This document shows positions 41,633-57,515 of a stretch of 64,000 nucleotides of DNA, piece by piece. Both the position numbers and the translations under genes were made by a program. Origin of the DNA: Eledone cirrhosa (taxonomy: Eukaryota); the NCBI GenBank assembly GCA_964016885.1, contig OZ024740.1:305846001-305910000 (forward strand), in the 5' to 3' direction. Numbering within the stretch: the first letter of the stretch is position 1; each line of letters opens with the position of its first letter. The notes beneath the pieces are model-generated. The model saw nothing but the letters and a program-made list of their open reading frames with translations, was not told where the DNA came from and did no database searches.

Positions 41633-41746
41633 ATTAACACTTAACAATTAATATTCTACCATACTATTTCATTCTAATGCCATTATAAATTTTAAAGGAT
41701 TGTAAATAAAACGAGTAAATCAGACAAAGTTGGAATTGCTTTTATT

Positions 41747-41930
<184 letters not shown>

Positions 41931-41937
41931 TATATAC

Positions 41938-42098
<161 letters not shown>

Positions 42099-42377
42099 AA
42101 ATGTAATCTGAATTTTTCGAATATTACTAATAATATTCGATTCGTTTGCAATTATGCAAGCAGCCTTTCTCTATACTTATATATACTTATATATATACTA
42201 TATATATATATATATACATATATATACAGTATATATATATATATATATATAAAGATATATTACATAGTATGAATACATGGTATGTATGTGTTTATATATA
42301 TATATATAATATATGTATATATATATATATATATACACATATATATTATATATATGTATATATATATATATATTATA

Positions 42378-42435
<58 letters not shown>

Positions 42436-42442
42436 ATACATT

Positions 42443-42557
42443 TTGAGTTCAAATCCCGCAGAGCTTGACTTTGCCTTTCATCCTTACGGGGTCGATAAAA
42501 TAAAGTACCAGTAATGCACTGGGTAATTGCTGGCCTTGTGCCTAAAGTAGAAACAAT

Positions 42558-42558
<1 letters not shown>
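42443..42558 (+). mobile_element. SINE family A, 5'-truncated
   Basis: Runs from the B-box to the tail. Confidence 0.85.
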
Positions 42559-42614
<56 letters not shown>

Positions 42615-42621
42615 TATATAT

Positions 42622-42664
<43 letters not shown>

Positions 42665-42681
42665 GTTTGTATGTCTTTATA

Positions 42682-42722
<41 letters not shown>

Positions 42723-42896
42723 AAAATTGTGTGTTGATAAATCGGATTATTTCCTTATACCTAAAGGTTCCGCTTATTTCATGACTGATAACTCCAAGCA
42801 GATTATATTCACATAAGTGATAAAGGAATGCGAGAAAAGGAATCGGGAAAAAAAGGAAGCTTTAAATGATGCAAAGTTTATGGCAATAACAATAAC

Positions 42897-43065
42897 AACG
42901 ATGGTTTCTAATTTAGGTCCAAGGCCAGCAATTTTGTGGAAGTGGTAAATTCGATTATATTGACCTCTGTACTACTTTGGTATTTTATTTTATCGACCCT
43001 TGAAAGATAAAATGTAAAGTTGACCTCAGTTGACTCATTTGGAGTTTGAACACCTTATGTAAAGT
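42897..43065 (-). mobile_element. Old SINE family A copy (long subfamily)
   Basis: Diverged match to 797-1011. Confidence 0.7.
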
Positions 43066-43127
43066 CGAGTAATTAAATATCCGAACATTTTAATGATTTT
43101 AATTATTCCATCTATTATTATTACTAC

Positions 43128-43362
43128 ATTACGAGGTCGATAAAATAAAGTACCAGTAATGCACTGGGTAATTGCTGGCCTTGTGCCTAAAGTAGAAACA
43201 ATTATTATTACTACATGAACTAGAGTTACGTCCCTTTACGGTCTGAGTTCAAATCCCGCCGAGGTTACCTTTGCCTTTCATCCTTACGGGGTTGATAAAA
43301 TAAAGTACCAGTAATGCACTGGTTTAATTGCTGGCCTTGTGCCAAACGTAGAAACAATTATT
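43128..43362 (+). mobile_element. Two truncated SINE family A copies (43128-43210, 43221-43362)
   Basis: Separated by the repeated target ATTATTACTACAT (3 copies), consistent with serial insertion at one site. Confidence 0.85.
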
Positions 43363-43510
43363 ACTACATGAAATGCATATGTAATATAACGCACATTTAC
43401 ACGTACACGCATTCTGACATACACATGTATGTATCGATATATGTATGTATCGATATATGTATGTATCGATATATGTATGTGTGCATGTATGTATGTATGT
43501 ATGTATGTTC

Positions 43511-43549
<39 letters not shown>

Positions 43550-43663
43550 TATTTTTTTTTATTTTTACTTTTTATTTTTAATTTCATTCGCACCGTTTCC
43601 TTTCGCTACATGTCTCCCCACCACTCCCCTACACACCCTTTGAACTCTGTTCCCACACACTTC

Positions 43664-43697
43664 TCACCTGAGGAAGGGCTTATGCCCGAAACGTCGT
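43664..43697 (+). ncRNA. Minimal hammerhead of the classic Penelope type
   Basis: CTGAGGA-a-gggc ttat gccc-GAA-ACGT-C^. Stem I is weak (2 bp); AATAAA lies about 40 nt downstream. Confidence 0.7.
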
Positions 43698-43785
43698 TCC
43701 CCACCAACACCCCACTCTCCAGAGCGTGAAATTAATAAACATTCGTTGTACTGCCTCTCTGTTTTGTTCCTGTTCAAATTTTTCC

Positions 43786-43825
<40 letters not shown>

Positions 43826-43868
43826 TATATCTATACGAGAAAAACCACAAACCCTCCATCTCAATTCT

Positions 43869-43906
43869 ACTTTTGAAAAGCAGAAGAACTGTGAAACCGG
43901 TAAAGG
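43869..43906 (+). ncRNA. Third U3-A8 hammerhead (HH-J, independent insertion)
   Basis: ctt-TTGAAAA-gcag aagaa ctgt-GAA-ACCGGT-A^-aag. Confidence 0.7.
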
Positions 43907-44034
43907 AAACAAATAAATATTCTTAAAAAGACTCCAGTTGCATTTTCCTTAAACCTTCACTCGTGTAGGACTTCTCGTTTTTTTTCATTTTTAAGTAAAC
44001 CTAATTTTCTTATATATATATTTAATATAGAAAT

Positions 44035-44085
44035 GGCTTTTACAGGACTAGAACTGTTTCATTCGGGAGAAATCATCAGGAAGCC
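44035..44085 (-). ncRNA. Hammerhead motif HH-A
   Basis: Minus strand: ggcttc-CTGATGA-t ttc tccc gaa t-GAAACAG-ttctagtc-CTGTA^-aaagcc. Confidence 0.8.
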
Positions 44086-44287
44086 GACAGTCCAAGTAAT
44101 GTGGTAGTACTTATACCTTCTCTGGTGGTAGGAGAGGGTGATGATTGGGATTGGTGAAGGTCATTGGTTGATGGATTTAAAGAAAAGGGAATTCTTCAAA
44201 AACTATATTTAGAGTAATCAATAAATATATATTATGGAATACTGTTGGCTTCTTGCTACAATAATTTCTATACTTTTCATTTATATA

Positions 44288-44405
<118 letters not shown>

Positions 44406-44490
44406 AACAAGTAAGACCCACTCTACTACCCTAAGTATTGAGTACTTTGGTGCGTTATGGTCCACCTGGTTCCTTACCACATTTCCTTCG

Positions 44491-44549
<59 letters not shown>

Positions 44550-45206
44550 CATACGCAAAAGGGAAGGACAAATTAAATTCCTGAGAATAAGTGTACAGGA
44601 TCTCTCTGTACTGTGTGTTCAAATTCCGCGGAATTCAATTTTGCCATTCATCCTAGGACGTTGGGTTGGCGGACTTGTTAAATCTCTTACGTATCTTTGC
44701 TTCCTGAGTTCACCTGCGACGTCACTGGTGCCCAGCTGTATCAGCCTTAGCCTCTCCCTTGGACCATATCTTTCACCTCAGTGGAACACCGTGGCGAGGA
44801 CACTCTCTGATACAAATCTTGTCTCATGTACCATTCGACACACGGAAGCCTTGGATGTCCTACAAACTGCTATATCGTAGTTATAATTATATGCATATAT
44901 ATATATAGCGCTGTTGTTGGGTGCTGTATGTGATGTATATTGTGTGATATACGATGTACATTATATATTTTGCATTCAGCCTCACAGCTCTGTCCGGGTC
45001 AGTATAAAATCTTTTCCTGGGTCCTGTATTTTCGTTGCTCTAGTGATGCGGCTGGACTGCCGACCGCTATATCTGATTTGCTAAGCTGTCTGAACGTATT
45101 GTTATTACTCTGGGGTTTTTCCCCCCATCCGAGTGCTAAAGCTACAGACCGATTCTGCATTCGTTAGCTTGGCCGTGTTCTAAAGCTTCGTTAATGCTGT
45201 ACTAAA

Positions 45207-45292
<86 letters not shown>

Positions 45293-45583
45293 AGTATGTA
45301 TATATATATACATATTTATATATATATATGTATATATACATATATATATGTATATGTATGTATATATATGTATATATTATATATATATATATATATGTGT
45401 GTGTATATGTATGTATATGTATGTATGTATGTATATATACATATATATGTATATGTATGTATATATATGTATATATATATATGTATATATACATATATAT
45501 ATGTATATGTATATGTATGTATATATATGTATATGTATGTATGTATATATACATATATATGTATATGTATGTATGTATATATA

Positions 45584-45632
<49 letters not shown>

Positions 45633-45642
45633 GAGAGAGATA

Positions 45643-45695
<53 letters not shown>

Positions 45696-46722
45696 CTTTG
45701 TTTATCAATAGTGATTATTTACTTCAACGTTTCACCGAAGTTACCAGCTTTTCAAAGGAATTTTCAATGGCTGGCTACCTCAGCAAAACTTGAAATAAAC
45801 AATCGTCATCAATAACAACAATTATATTTATTCTATACACATTATAGTTCATCATTCAGTGAATGTTTAGTGGGTTTACTAAACAAATTCATATAAGATC
45901 AATTAATATACATATTATCAAAAGAGACTTCATGGTTCTATGAATGAATGTCCAGTTATATAAATTAGGCAGACATTCTTCTTAGAATATTATGAATAGT
46001 TTCATATAATATACCAGGAAATATGGGATATTTAAATGCTTTTAACTATAGGATTTTAAAAAGTAAACATACATATAACACACGAAAATGTATTGTAGCA
46101 CGAGTCAAAATTCTCCATAAATATATTCATTTTAATTCGGCTTAATTCGGGATGTTTGTTTACAAACACACCGGCCATTATAATAAATGTTCGGTGAATC
46201 CATACGTACATATATATATATATATATATGTGTGCATGTATGTATATATATATATATATGCATACTACTGTACGTCTGTATACATATATATATATATGTA
46301 CGTATACATACTTATATATTCATTTTATTATATCAGACAGGGTGTGGTAAAAAAAAAACCCAGGTAGACAATAACCCACCAGAGTACTCGATACTTGGCG
46401 TAGTAGAGTGGGTAATATGAAAAGATGCAGGACTCCGACGATTGAGTTCCGGCCGTTTCGACAGCTAGATCCGAAACGGGCCGTAGCTCAGCCGTCGGGG
46501 TCCTGAATCTTTTCATTTATATATATATATATATATATTCATATTGCACTTATCGTAGCTTACTGTGTTTGCGGAAACCTGGGTCCAGATGTATAAATTG
46601 CAAATGCCATATTACTACACCTTGTTAGCACTCTGAGATAGGTTTTGCTCAGTACAAATCATATCTCATTCAGTGAGTAAATGTAAGCAAATGGGATCAC
46701 AGCTTATACTATAACCTCGTCA

Positions 46723-46854
<132 letters not shown>

Positions 46855-46969
46855 CTATTTATATATATATATATTGACGAGGTTATAGTATAAGCTATGA
46901 TCCCATTTGCTCACATTTACTCATAACTGATGAGAAATGTATACGTACATACACACACACATACGCGCG

Positions 46970-47017
<48 letters not shown>

Positions 47018-47093
47018 TCTCCTTGGACATACCTCAAAGGGATTGGGTGGTAGTTTATCATCTTATTTTTCAATTTTATTTTCCAGTAGTATT

Positions 47094-47124
<31 letters not shown>

Positions 47125-47131
<7 letters not shown>

Positions 47132-47435
47132 GAAAACACAGGTAAGCATTAAGAAAAGGATTTTATCCAGGTATTTACGACCGTTTCATTGGTAAGTGCA
47201 ACCTTATATTGCTATACTGCAAATAGCAGCCACTCAATTATAATTGTTGTTCACAGTCCAAATCCTTCTCTTAATACTTACCTGTGTTTTCTCTTTTATA
47301 CTTTATACTCCAAGATTGAACGGAATTCTTACAAACTTGTGGAGTTACCCCTAACCGTACGTTGAAACCAGCCATGAAACTGGCTTTCTTAACCAAAAAC
47401 TGGATCACAATAAGCAATTTTTTGCTTCTCTAACT
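47125..47435. mobile_element. Fold-back element family K (relatives at 48870-48920 and 49960-50324)
   Basis: Shared AAAAGAGAAAACACAGGTAAGCATTAAGAAAAGGAT block in both orientations, between (TA)n tracts. Confidence 0.75.
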
Positions 47436-47436
47436 A

Positions 47437-47479
<43 letters not shown>

Positions 47480-47843
47480 GTGTATGTGTATTTAGATATA
47501 TATGTATGTATATGTAAATTTCTCATTGAACCTTTCTGAATGCCAATCAGTTACCAGAGGTTTCAATATGTGTTTATATATCGTAAATATACTGACAACC
47601 CCTACCGATACCACAGTAATCCCTCTATGGAAATATAATGGGCTTCCTTTCTCTGGTGAAAGCCTAACGAGATTAAAATTTAATTTGATTGATATTATCT
47701 TAATTCCCACGTACTATTTAACAGGAATGCTAAACTTGTATGTGTATTTTAAAAATTGACATTTTTTGTTCAAATTATATTCAAAATAATATAGTGTATT
47801 ACTAATCTATACAAATTTTTATATGAACAAATATAAAGAAATA

Positions 47844-47953
<110 letters not shown>

Positions 47954-48015
47954 CGTACGTTATTCCGGGTTGAATCGGAGGTAACCACAGTAAGTAAGGT
48001 ACTCAATACATTGCA

Positions 48016-48069
48016 GAGTATTCCTGATGATTTCTAAAGAATGAAACAGTTCTAGTCTTGTAGAATCTC
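48016..48069 (+). ncRNA. Hammerhead motif HH-A
   Basis: gagtattc-CTGATGA-t ttc taaa gaa t-GAAACAG-ttctagtc-TTGTA^-gaatctc. Confidence 0.82.
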
Positions 48070-48070
48070 A

Positions 48071-48206
<136 letters not shown>

Positions 48207-48239
48207 GGTATGTATGGATATATATATATACATACACTC

Positions 48240-48294
<55 letters not shown>

Positions 48295-48379
48295 CATATA
48301 TATTATGAACACACACTATATATATTACACACATAAATATAATATATATAATATATATATATATATGTGTGTGTAGATG

Positions 48380-48439
<60 letters not shown>

Positions 48440-48474
48440 CAATTTATAGGGTTTTATTTCCAGTATACAGGAGT

Positions 48475-48522
48475 CCATTACAAGGGGTTTCACATGTCTC
48501 TCCTTGGACATTCCTCAGAGGG
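48475..48522 (-). ncRNA. Candidate hammerhead (irregular stems)
   Basis: Minus strand: ccct-CTGAGGA-atgtc caaggaga gacat gt-GAAAC-ccctt-GTA^-atgg. A truncated relative lies at 47015-47098. Confidence 0.5.
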
Positions 48523-48595
48523 GTTGGGTGGTAGTTTATCATCTTATTTAGTCTACCTAAGAAACCGAAATATTTTTCAATTTTCCAGTAGTATT

Positions 48596-48659
<64 letters not shown>

Positions 48660-48702
48660 ATGTGTATATATTTATGTGTGTATATATATATATATATAAT
48701 AT

Positions 48703-48759
<57 letters not shown>

Positions 48760-48768
<9 letters not shown>

Positions 48769-48803
48769 GTGTGGGTATAAATATGTGTGTATACATGTAA
48801 GTG

Positions 48804-48847
<44 letters not shown>

Positions 48848-48920
48848 CATGTATATATATATACACATATAAATACCTGGATAAAATCCTTTTCTTAATG
48901 CTTACCTGTGTTTTCTCTTT

Positions 48921-48952
<32 letters not shown>

Positions 48953-48974
48953 TACGTACATATCTATGTATATA

Positions 48975-49057
<83 letters not shown>

Positions 49058-49098
49058 GTGTGGGTATAAATATGTGTGTATACATGTAAGTGTATATG

Positions 49099-49146
<48 letters not shown>

Positions 49147-49170
49147 CATGTATATATATATATACACATA

Positions 49171-49266
<96 letters not shown>

Positions 49267-49360
49267 TACGTACATATCTATGTATATATATGTAAATATA
49301 CATGTGCGGGTATAAATATGTGTGTATACATGTAAGTGTATATGTATGTATATATACATG

Positions 49361-49392
<32 letters not shown>

Positions 49393-49407
49393 CATGTATA
49401 TATATAT

Positions 49408-49478
<71 letters not shown>

Positions 49479-49512
49479 TATACATACGTACATATCTATA
49501 TATATATATATG

Positions 49513-49555
<43 letters not shown>

Positions 49556-49609
49556 GTGTGGGTATAAATATGTGTGTATGTATACATGTATGTGTATATG
49601 TATGTATAT

Positions 49610-49666
<57 letters not shown>

Positions 49667-49690
49667 CATGTATATATATATATACACATA

Positions 49691-49700
<10 letters not shown>
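48760..49700. repeat. Four ~245-290-bp tandem units of degenerate (TA)n
   Basis: Marker ACATGTGTGGGTATAAATATGTGTGTAT at about 48765, 49054, 49299 and 49552. Confidence 0.85.
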
Positions 49701-49724
<24 letters not shown>

Positions 49725-49726
49725 GT

Positions 49727-49937
49727 AGTAAGTAAGACCCCGACGGCTGAGCTCAAGCCGTTTCGACGGCTAATTCTGTACTGAATGAAAAATCATTCAG
49801 TACAGAATTAGCCGTCGAAACGGCTTGAGCTCAGCCGTCGGGGTCTTACTTACTCCTATTACCCACTCTACTACCCTAAGTATTGAGTACTTTGGTGCGT
49901 TATGGTCCACCTGGTTCCTTACCACTTTTCCTTCGCT
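49727..49937. mobile_element. Family HH-H with a perfect 62-bp hairpin
   Basis: 49727-49788 is the exact reverse complement of 49793-49854; loop AAAA. Confidence 0.85.
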
Positions 49938-49959
49938 ATATATATATATATATATATAG

Positions 49960-50316
49960 TTAGGGAAGCAGGAAAATGCATATTGTGATCCAGTTCGTGG
50001 TTAAGAAAGCCAGTTTCATGGACGGTTTCAACGTACGGTTAGGGGTAACTCCACAAGTTTGTAAGAATTCCGTTCAAGCTTGGAGTATAAAGTATAAAAG
50101 AGAAAACACAGATAAGCATTAAGAAAAGGATTTTATCCAGGTATTTACGACCGTTTCATTGGTAAGTGCACTCACTATTTTGAAAATTTGGACGTGAACA
50201 ACAATTATAATTGAGTGGCTGCTATTTGCAGTATAGCAATATAAGGTTGCACTTACCAATGAAACGGTCGTAAATACCTGGATAAAATCCTTTTCTTAAT
50301 GCTTACCTGTGTTTTC

Positions 50317-50324
<8 letters not shown>
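49960..50324. mobile_element. Fold-back element family K
   Basis: Arms about 50094-50170 and 50249-50324. Confidence 0.75.
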
Positions 50325-50381
<57 letters not shown>

Positions 50382-50553
50382 TACATACATATATATATAA
50401 ACATATATATATATAGTGTATGTAATCCCGTGAATTACTGGTGGTGCTAGCGAAACGAATACAATCGGAAGTAAGGTCTTCTGAACACACTCACACATAC
50501 TGACACACGCGCACTCACAAACACACACACTCACACACACACAAATATATTTA

Positions 50554-50612
<59 letters not shown>

Positions 50613-51610
50613 GTAAACATGTAAACATATTTACAATCTATAACATATCCTGATATTTAGAGAGATACATATAAATTCGCATATATATATATACGAATGT
50701 ATGTATATATATGTATATATATATATATATATATATGCGCGTGTGTGTGTGTGTGTTTGTGATTTTAAGGAAATAATTGTGGTATAGAGCACATTTCCAC
50801 GTGTTTGTATATGTGGTTGATACTTCTCGTATATATAATATTATTACACATACTGTAAAAGGACATAATATGATATAATATAATATAATATAAAATACAA
50901 TAATATATAATATGATAATACCCTTGTAGTTGTGGGGAAAATCCTGCAATAACCGGGAACATATTTGGTCGAACTTGTTCCATCATCATATTTGGTCTAG
51001 TCCTTAATATCTCTTGAAAGTTTGTTGACATACTTCCACACTGTTTAAGTCTCCTTTTTTTTCAAATGTTTGTATTTTGATCCTCAATTAATGAGTAATG
51101 TTCTGTGATTGTATTTTGTTGTATTGAAACTGTTTGTGTAAGCTTCCTCTGGAAACTTTCTGAGAATTTTTGTTTTAGCTTTTCATGAAAAAAACTTGTG
51201 TTGAATTTGGACATTTTACAGGTCTGTATGGATGGTACTTGGTGGTCTATTATAGATAGTTATTTAATATTGATAAATAGACAGACTAAACACGTCGATA
51301 AATAGTTATATCAATATATATATATAGAGAGAGAGATAGATTAAAAATAAATAGATAGATAAATAAATAGATAGATAGATAGGTAGATAGGTAGATAGAT
51401 AGATTGGTTGATTACTTAATTAATGGAGGTGCATGCTATTACATACTTATAGAGGTTGATTGGCTAATAAATACATTAATTAAAGTATATTGCTATGTAA
51501 TTGAATACGATATAATCTGTAAATTATTTAAGTCTATTAAAAACAAAGAATTATCTTAGTCAGCTGTTAATCTACAAAATATTTTGTCTCTTATTTATAG
51601 TGTAGTTATA

Positions 51611-51647
<37 letters not shown>

Positions 51648-52020
51648 TGGTTGTATGAAGTTTGTCAGCCACGGAGGGTACCCTAAAGAAATTGTATGAT
51701 ATCCTTATTCTACTTAGTAGACACCTATCTATTCACCTATGCAACAGTTATTTAAGTACCCAGGTAAAAGCAATATTTACTTCCTGCATTTTCTTTTTTA
51801 ATATTATTTATATTGTATGCATTTAAGTAGGTAAATATGTGGTTTTAGGTGGGTGTAATATAACTTATTAAGTGTCTAACATTAAACTGGTTTTTATGTT
51901 GATATCTGATGTACTTCTATGTATATATATTTATACGTCTGTATCCCTAATTGAATTGTGGCATGTCGGTCTCTCCCACAAAACCTTTTGGTACACACAC
52001 ACACACACATATATCTATAT

Positions 52021-52080
<60 letters not shown>

Positions 52081-52266
52081 TATATGTGGGTTTGTTTGTT
52101 TGTGTGTGTGTTTGGATGTATAATGACCATTAAATCACAATTGATAGGTACTCTCAATTTTCTTTTCTAACATTTTTACCAACATATATAAATAGATAAA
52201 TCTAACAGCAATCAGAAGAAATGTAATGTATATGTATATGTATATGTGTGTGTATATATATATGTA

Positions 52267-52315
<49 letters not shown>

Positions 52316-52531
52316 ATGTATGTGTTTATACACGCATATCTATATATGCATCTGCATATATGTGAATATGTGAATGTGTCTCTATATATTTCTATATATC
52401 TATATGTATAAACACATATACAATAATCTATGTATATAAGGTATTAATTTGGATGGTAAAAAGAGATATAGTTATATATATGTGTATGTTTATATATATA
52501 TAAATATAATATACTTTATATTCTTGTATGC

Positions 52532-52618
<87 letters not shown>

Positions 52619-52818
52619 TACATTTACATATATTTTTTACATGTTAATCTACCAAATTACCAAATAAGTTATTATGCACATGCATACAGATACACAAATG
52701 TACACTTTCCTGTGCATATATAAATATATACATGCATGCATACAAATATAATTTTATATTTGTATAAAAACATAACATGGCATGTATCTGTATATATTTA
52801 TATAAATATATATATATA

Positions 52819-52946
<128 letters not shown>

Positions 52947-52970
52947 AATATATATTTATATATTTTAAAA

Positions 52971-53002
<32 letters not shown>

Positions 53003-53077
53003 ATATGAATATATGTATATGTATATATATATATATGTGTGTGTGTGTGAGTATCTATATATGTATGTATATATACA

Positions 53078-53220
<143 letters not shown>

Positions 53221-53222
53221 GT

Positions 53223-53264
<42 letters not shown>

Positions 53265-53587
53265 GAAACTATATATCTTTGTGTTTGTATGTATATGTAT
53301 ATATACGTTTGTATATATATGCGTGTGTATATGTCTTTATGTGTGGTTGTGTTCGGAAGCTCTGTTCAAGAACGCTGGTATTTATGTAATAATAAGGTAG
53401 CCAGGTAAAGTTTCACTGTCGACAGAGTGTGATATCTCTCCAACTCCTATTCCCTCACAAAAGCGTCTAAGTTGGGGACAGTTCATTTTCACATTTCACA
53501 ATTAAACTACGATGTTCCTTATCGTTTCGGACAGGGCGGTGTGTGCGTCTATGTGAATGCATATGTGTATGTGCGTGTCTGTGTGTC

Positions 53588-53713
<126 letters not shown>

Positions 53714-54012
53714 TGAGTATGTGTGTGTGTGTGTGTATGAGGTGGCGATGTCATTAATCTCTTCCCCCGCCATATACATACAGTTACACACCCACATACA
53801 CATGCACACGTTTCCATCAACATCACCGTCACTATCATCAGTACAACCACATCTATCCTTACACATATAACTACCACTACCAGACATACCACAAGCACTC
53901 TACCATCCAATGACATCTCTCCTTATCTCTCTATTACCATCTCTAGCCATCTATCTATCTATCTATCCCCTTTCGCTTTCTCCACCTTCCTCCCACTCTT
54001 TTACTCCTCCCC

Positions 54013-54059
<47 letters not shown>

Positions 54060-54191
54060 ATTGTATGTTATAGTCAACCCCTGTGTGTCTGTATATCTGT
54101 CTGTCATCCACTAATTTCAACCTCCTTCCGTCTCTATCGACCCACCTTCTTAACTCCCTCCCGCCCCATCAGTCCTAGCCCCTTAACCACT

Positions 54192-54234
<43 letters not shown>

Positions 54235-55230
54235 CCGCATATAACACTACACATCCTTCATCCGTTAAATGGTCAGCATCACTCTTCTTTTCACCATCAG
54301 GCATCACTTTTCCTACTCCTCCCCCTTCTAAACCACCACCACCACCACCATCCACCACCCCTTCCTCCCCACTTCACTCATATTCACAAAATAAAGAACG
54401 AAAGTAAAGAGAACAAATAAAATATACTAAATTTAAAAATAAAAGTACTAAAGTAAAAACTAGAAAATATTACAAAAGAATACAACTATAAAAGAAAACC
54501 CATTACCACCACCACCACCACCACCACCACCACCACCACCATCACCACCACTGCCCACAGCCGCCGCCATCACCACCACCACTGCCACAGCAACAACAAT
54601 ACTACTAATACCACCATCACCACCATTACCACCTCCACCCCATTCTTTCTCCATTACCCCCCCCCCCACCGCCCAACCACCACCATCACAACAACAACAT
54701 TAGCGACTACAACAGCAACAACCAAAAGAACAACAGCTACAGTAACAGTTATGGCGACAGAGGCAATAAGACGACGTCCACCACCATCACCACCATCACC
54801 ACCATCACCACCACTGGAAACAAAAACAACATTACAACTACAAGAACTATAACAACAACAACAACAACAAAAACAACTGAAAGTTATCGTCTGTAACAGT
54901 AAAGGTAAGGTCGACCTTATACTCCTAAAAACGAGATCATGAAGGACATTAGCTTTTTCATATCACACCTCCATTGTGTAGCTTAGCCACTGCGCATGCG
55001 TTCTAGCGATACAAACGTTGGTTAGATTTGATGGCGGAAAAGAGGGAAGAGCTATAAGAGGTAACTAGGGAGGATTAATGGGGAGAGGTGGGAGGACGCT
55101 AAGAGAAAGCAAACAACGCAAGAATAACAACAAACAATCCTGAAATGCCTACCTCCACTAAAAATATAAAAGCAAAATGGCAGAGAAACCTGTATGTGTG
55201 TGTATCTATGTGACAACATATGTATATATG

Positions 55231-55284
<54 letters not shown>

Positions 55285-55509
55285 TGTGTATGTGTGTATG
55301 TGTGTTTGTGTGTATATATATGTGTATATATATGTGTGTATATAAGTGTGTGTGTGTGTGTGCGTGCGTGCGTGAGTGTGTGTTTATGTGTGCGCGTATG
55401 TGTGTATGTATGCCTGCGTGTATATGTGTATATGTGTGTGTTAATGTGTTTGTATACGTGAGTGTATATATATATATATATATATATATGCAGGCATACA
55501 AACACATTA

Positions 55510-55594
<85 letters not shown>

Positions 55595-56003
55595 TGTGTA
55601 TATGTGTGTTTGTATATTTACGTCTGTATATTTATATACGTTCTAGGTGGGTGGGAATAACAAATGGCGAGAAAGGGTACATCCTACACTGCTGCTTATC
55701 TGACAATTCAGCCATCGAACGTTGAACGGTGTTAAGAAGCTGATTCGTGTAGCGGCTAAATCTGATGTCATTGCTAGCAGCCAGTAACAAAATAAACTGG
55801 CTAATCAACTGCCCCAGACCTGCCATCTCATTGGATGAAAAGGAAACAGATAATCTAATAGGAAATTCGAAAGGGATGATGTTGGCTTCTTTTTATGTTG
55901 TTTTGTTTTCGTTTTGTTTGTTTTTTTGTTTCTTTGTTTGTTTGTTATTTTGCTTCTTTCTACTATTTTGTATAGAAACTGTAAAACAGTAAACGGCATT
56001 AGA

Positions 56004-56062
<59 letters not shown>

Positions 56063-57137
56063 TACATAGACATACATATACATACACACTCACACACACA
56101 CACATATACACATACATACACACTCACACATACATACACACTCACACACGCGCGTACATACACACAAGCACACACACACATGCACACACACATACATATA
56201 CATACACACTCACACACACGCGTACATACACACAAGCACACACACATGCACACGCACACATACATATATACATACATACACATACATATACATACACACT
56301 CACACACGCGCGTACATACACACAAGCACACACACATGCACACATACACACATACACACAAGCACGCACACACACACACAGACACGTACATACACACAAG
56401 CACATACACACACGGACACATACATACACAGACATACACTCACACGTACATACACACAAACAAACACATACGGACACGTGCACATACACACGCACACGTA
56501 CATACACACAAGCACACACACACACATACGTACTCACGCACGGACTCATGCACATACAGGCACACATACACCTATACATACACATATTCACATACAGACA
56601 CACACACACGGACACAGGCACTTACAGGCACACATACACATACATACACATACATACATTCATACTCAAAATAGAAAATACACAACACACACACACATGC
56701 ACACGCACACACACATACGTACACACACATAGACACACGCACTTACAGGCACACATATATACACACATTCACGCACAAAATAGAAAATACACACACACGC
56801 ATAGACACACGCATAGACACATGCACTTACTGGCACACATACACATATATACACATACATATACTCATTTACACACAAAATAGAAAATACACAACACACA
56901 CAAGCACTAGCCATATACACTAGCACACACTTGCGGCACACACACTCACATACAGACACACACACACACACACACTCACATACAGGCAAACACATACACT
57001 CACATACAGGTACACATACACACATGCATATATATATATATACACTCATAGAAAACACGCTCACACACACAACCTATATATATATACACACAACACTCAC
57101 GCAAACACGCACTTACAGGCCCACATACACACACACA

Positions 57138-57245
57138 GTTAGGTATACAGATAGATATACAGATGGATATACAGATAGTTATACAGATAGATATACAGAT
57201 AGTTATACAGATAGATATATAGATAGATATACAGATAGATATATA
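57138..57245. repeat. 12-bp satellite (ATACAGATAGAT)n, 3' flank of the LINE
   Basis: Tandem copies are directly visible. Confidence 0.9.
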
Positions 57246-57515
57246 TGTTTCTTTTATTTGCCACCAGGGCATCAAAAGTGGGACAAGTACAATGGGGGGA
57301 GTTTACAAAACAAGGCGTCCTCAATAAGGAGGAGGCAATAACAATATATAAAAATAAAATAAAATATAACAAAAAATAAAATTTATAACAAAGTCCTCAA
57401 TAGAGAGGAGGCGCCTTGGGGGGTCGCACCCCCCCCCCCCAAAAAAAAAAGTGTGCAACCCTTCTCCTCAGGAGCACAGAGAAGGGGTGCTCCCTTGGTC
57501 TTTCATCTTCCTCAC

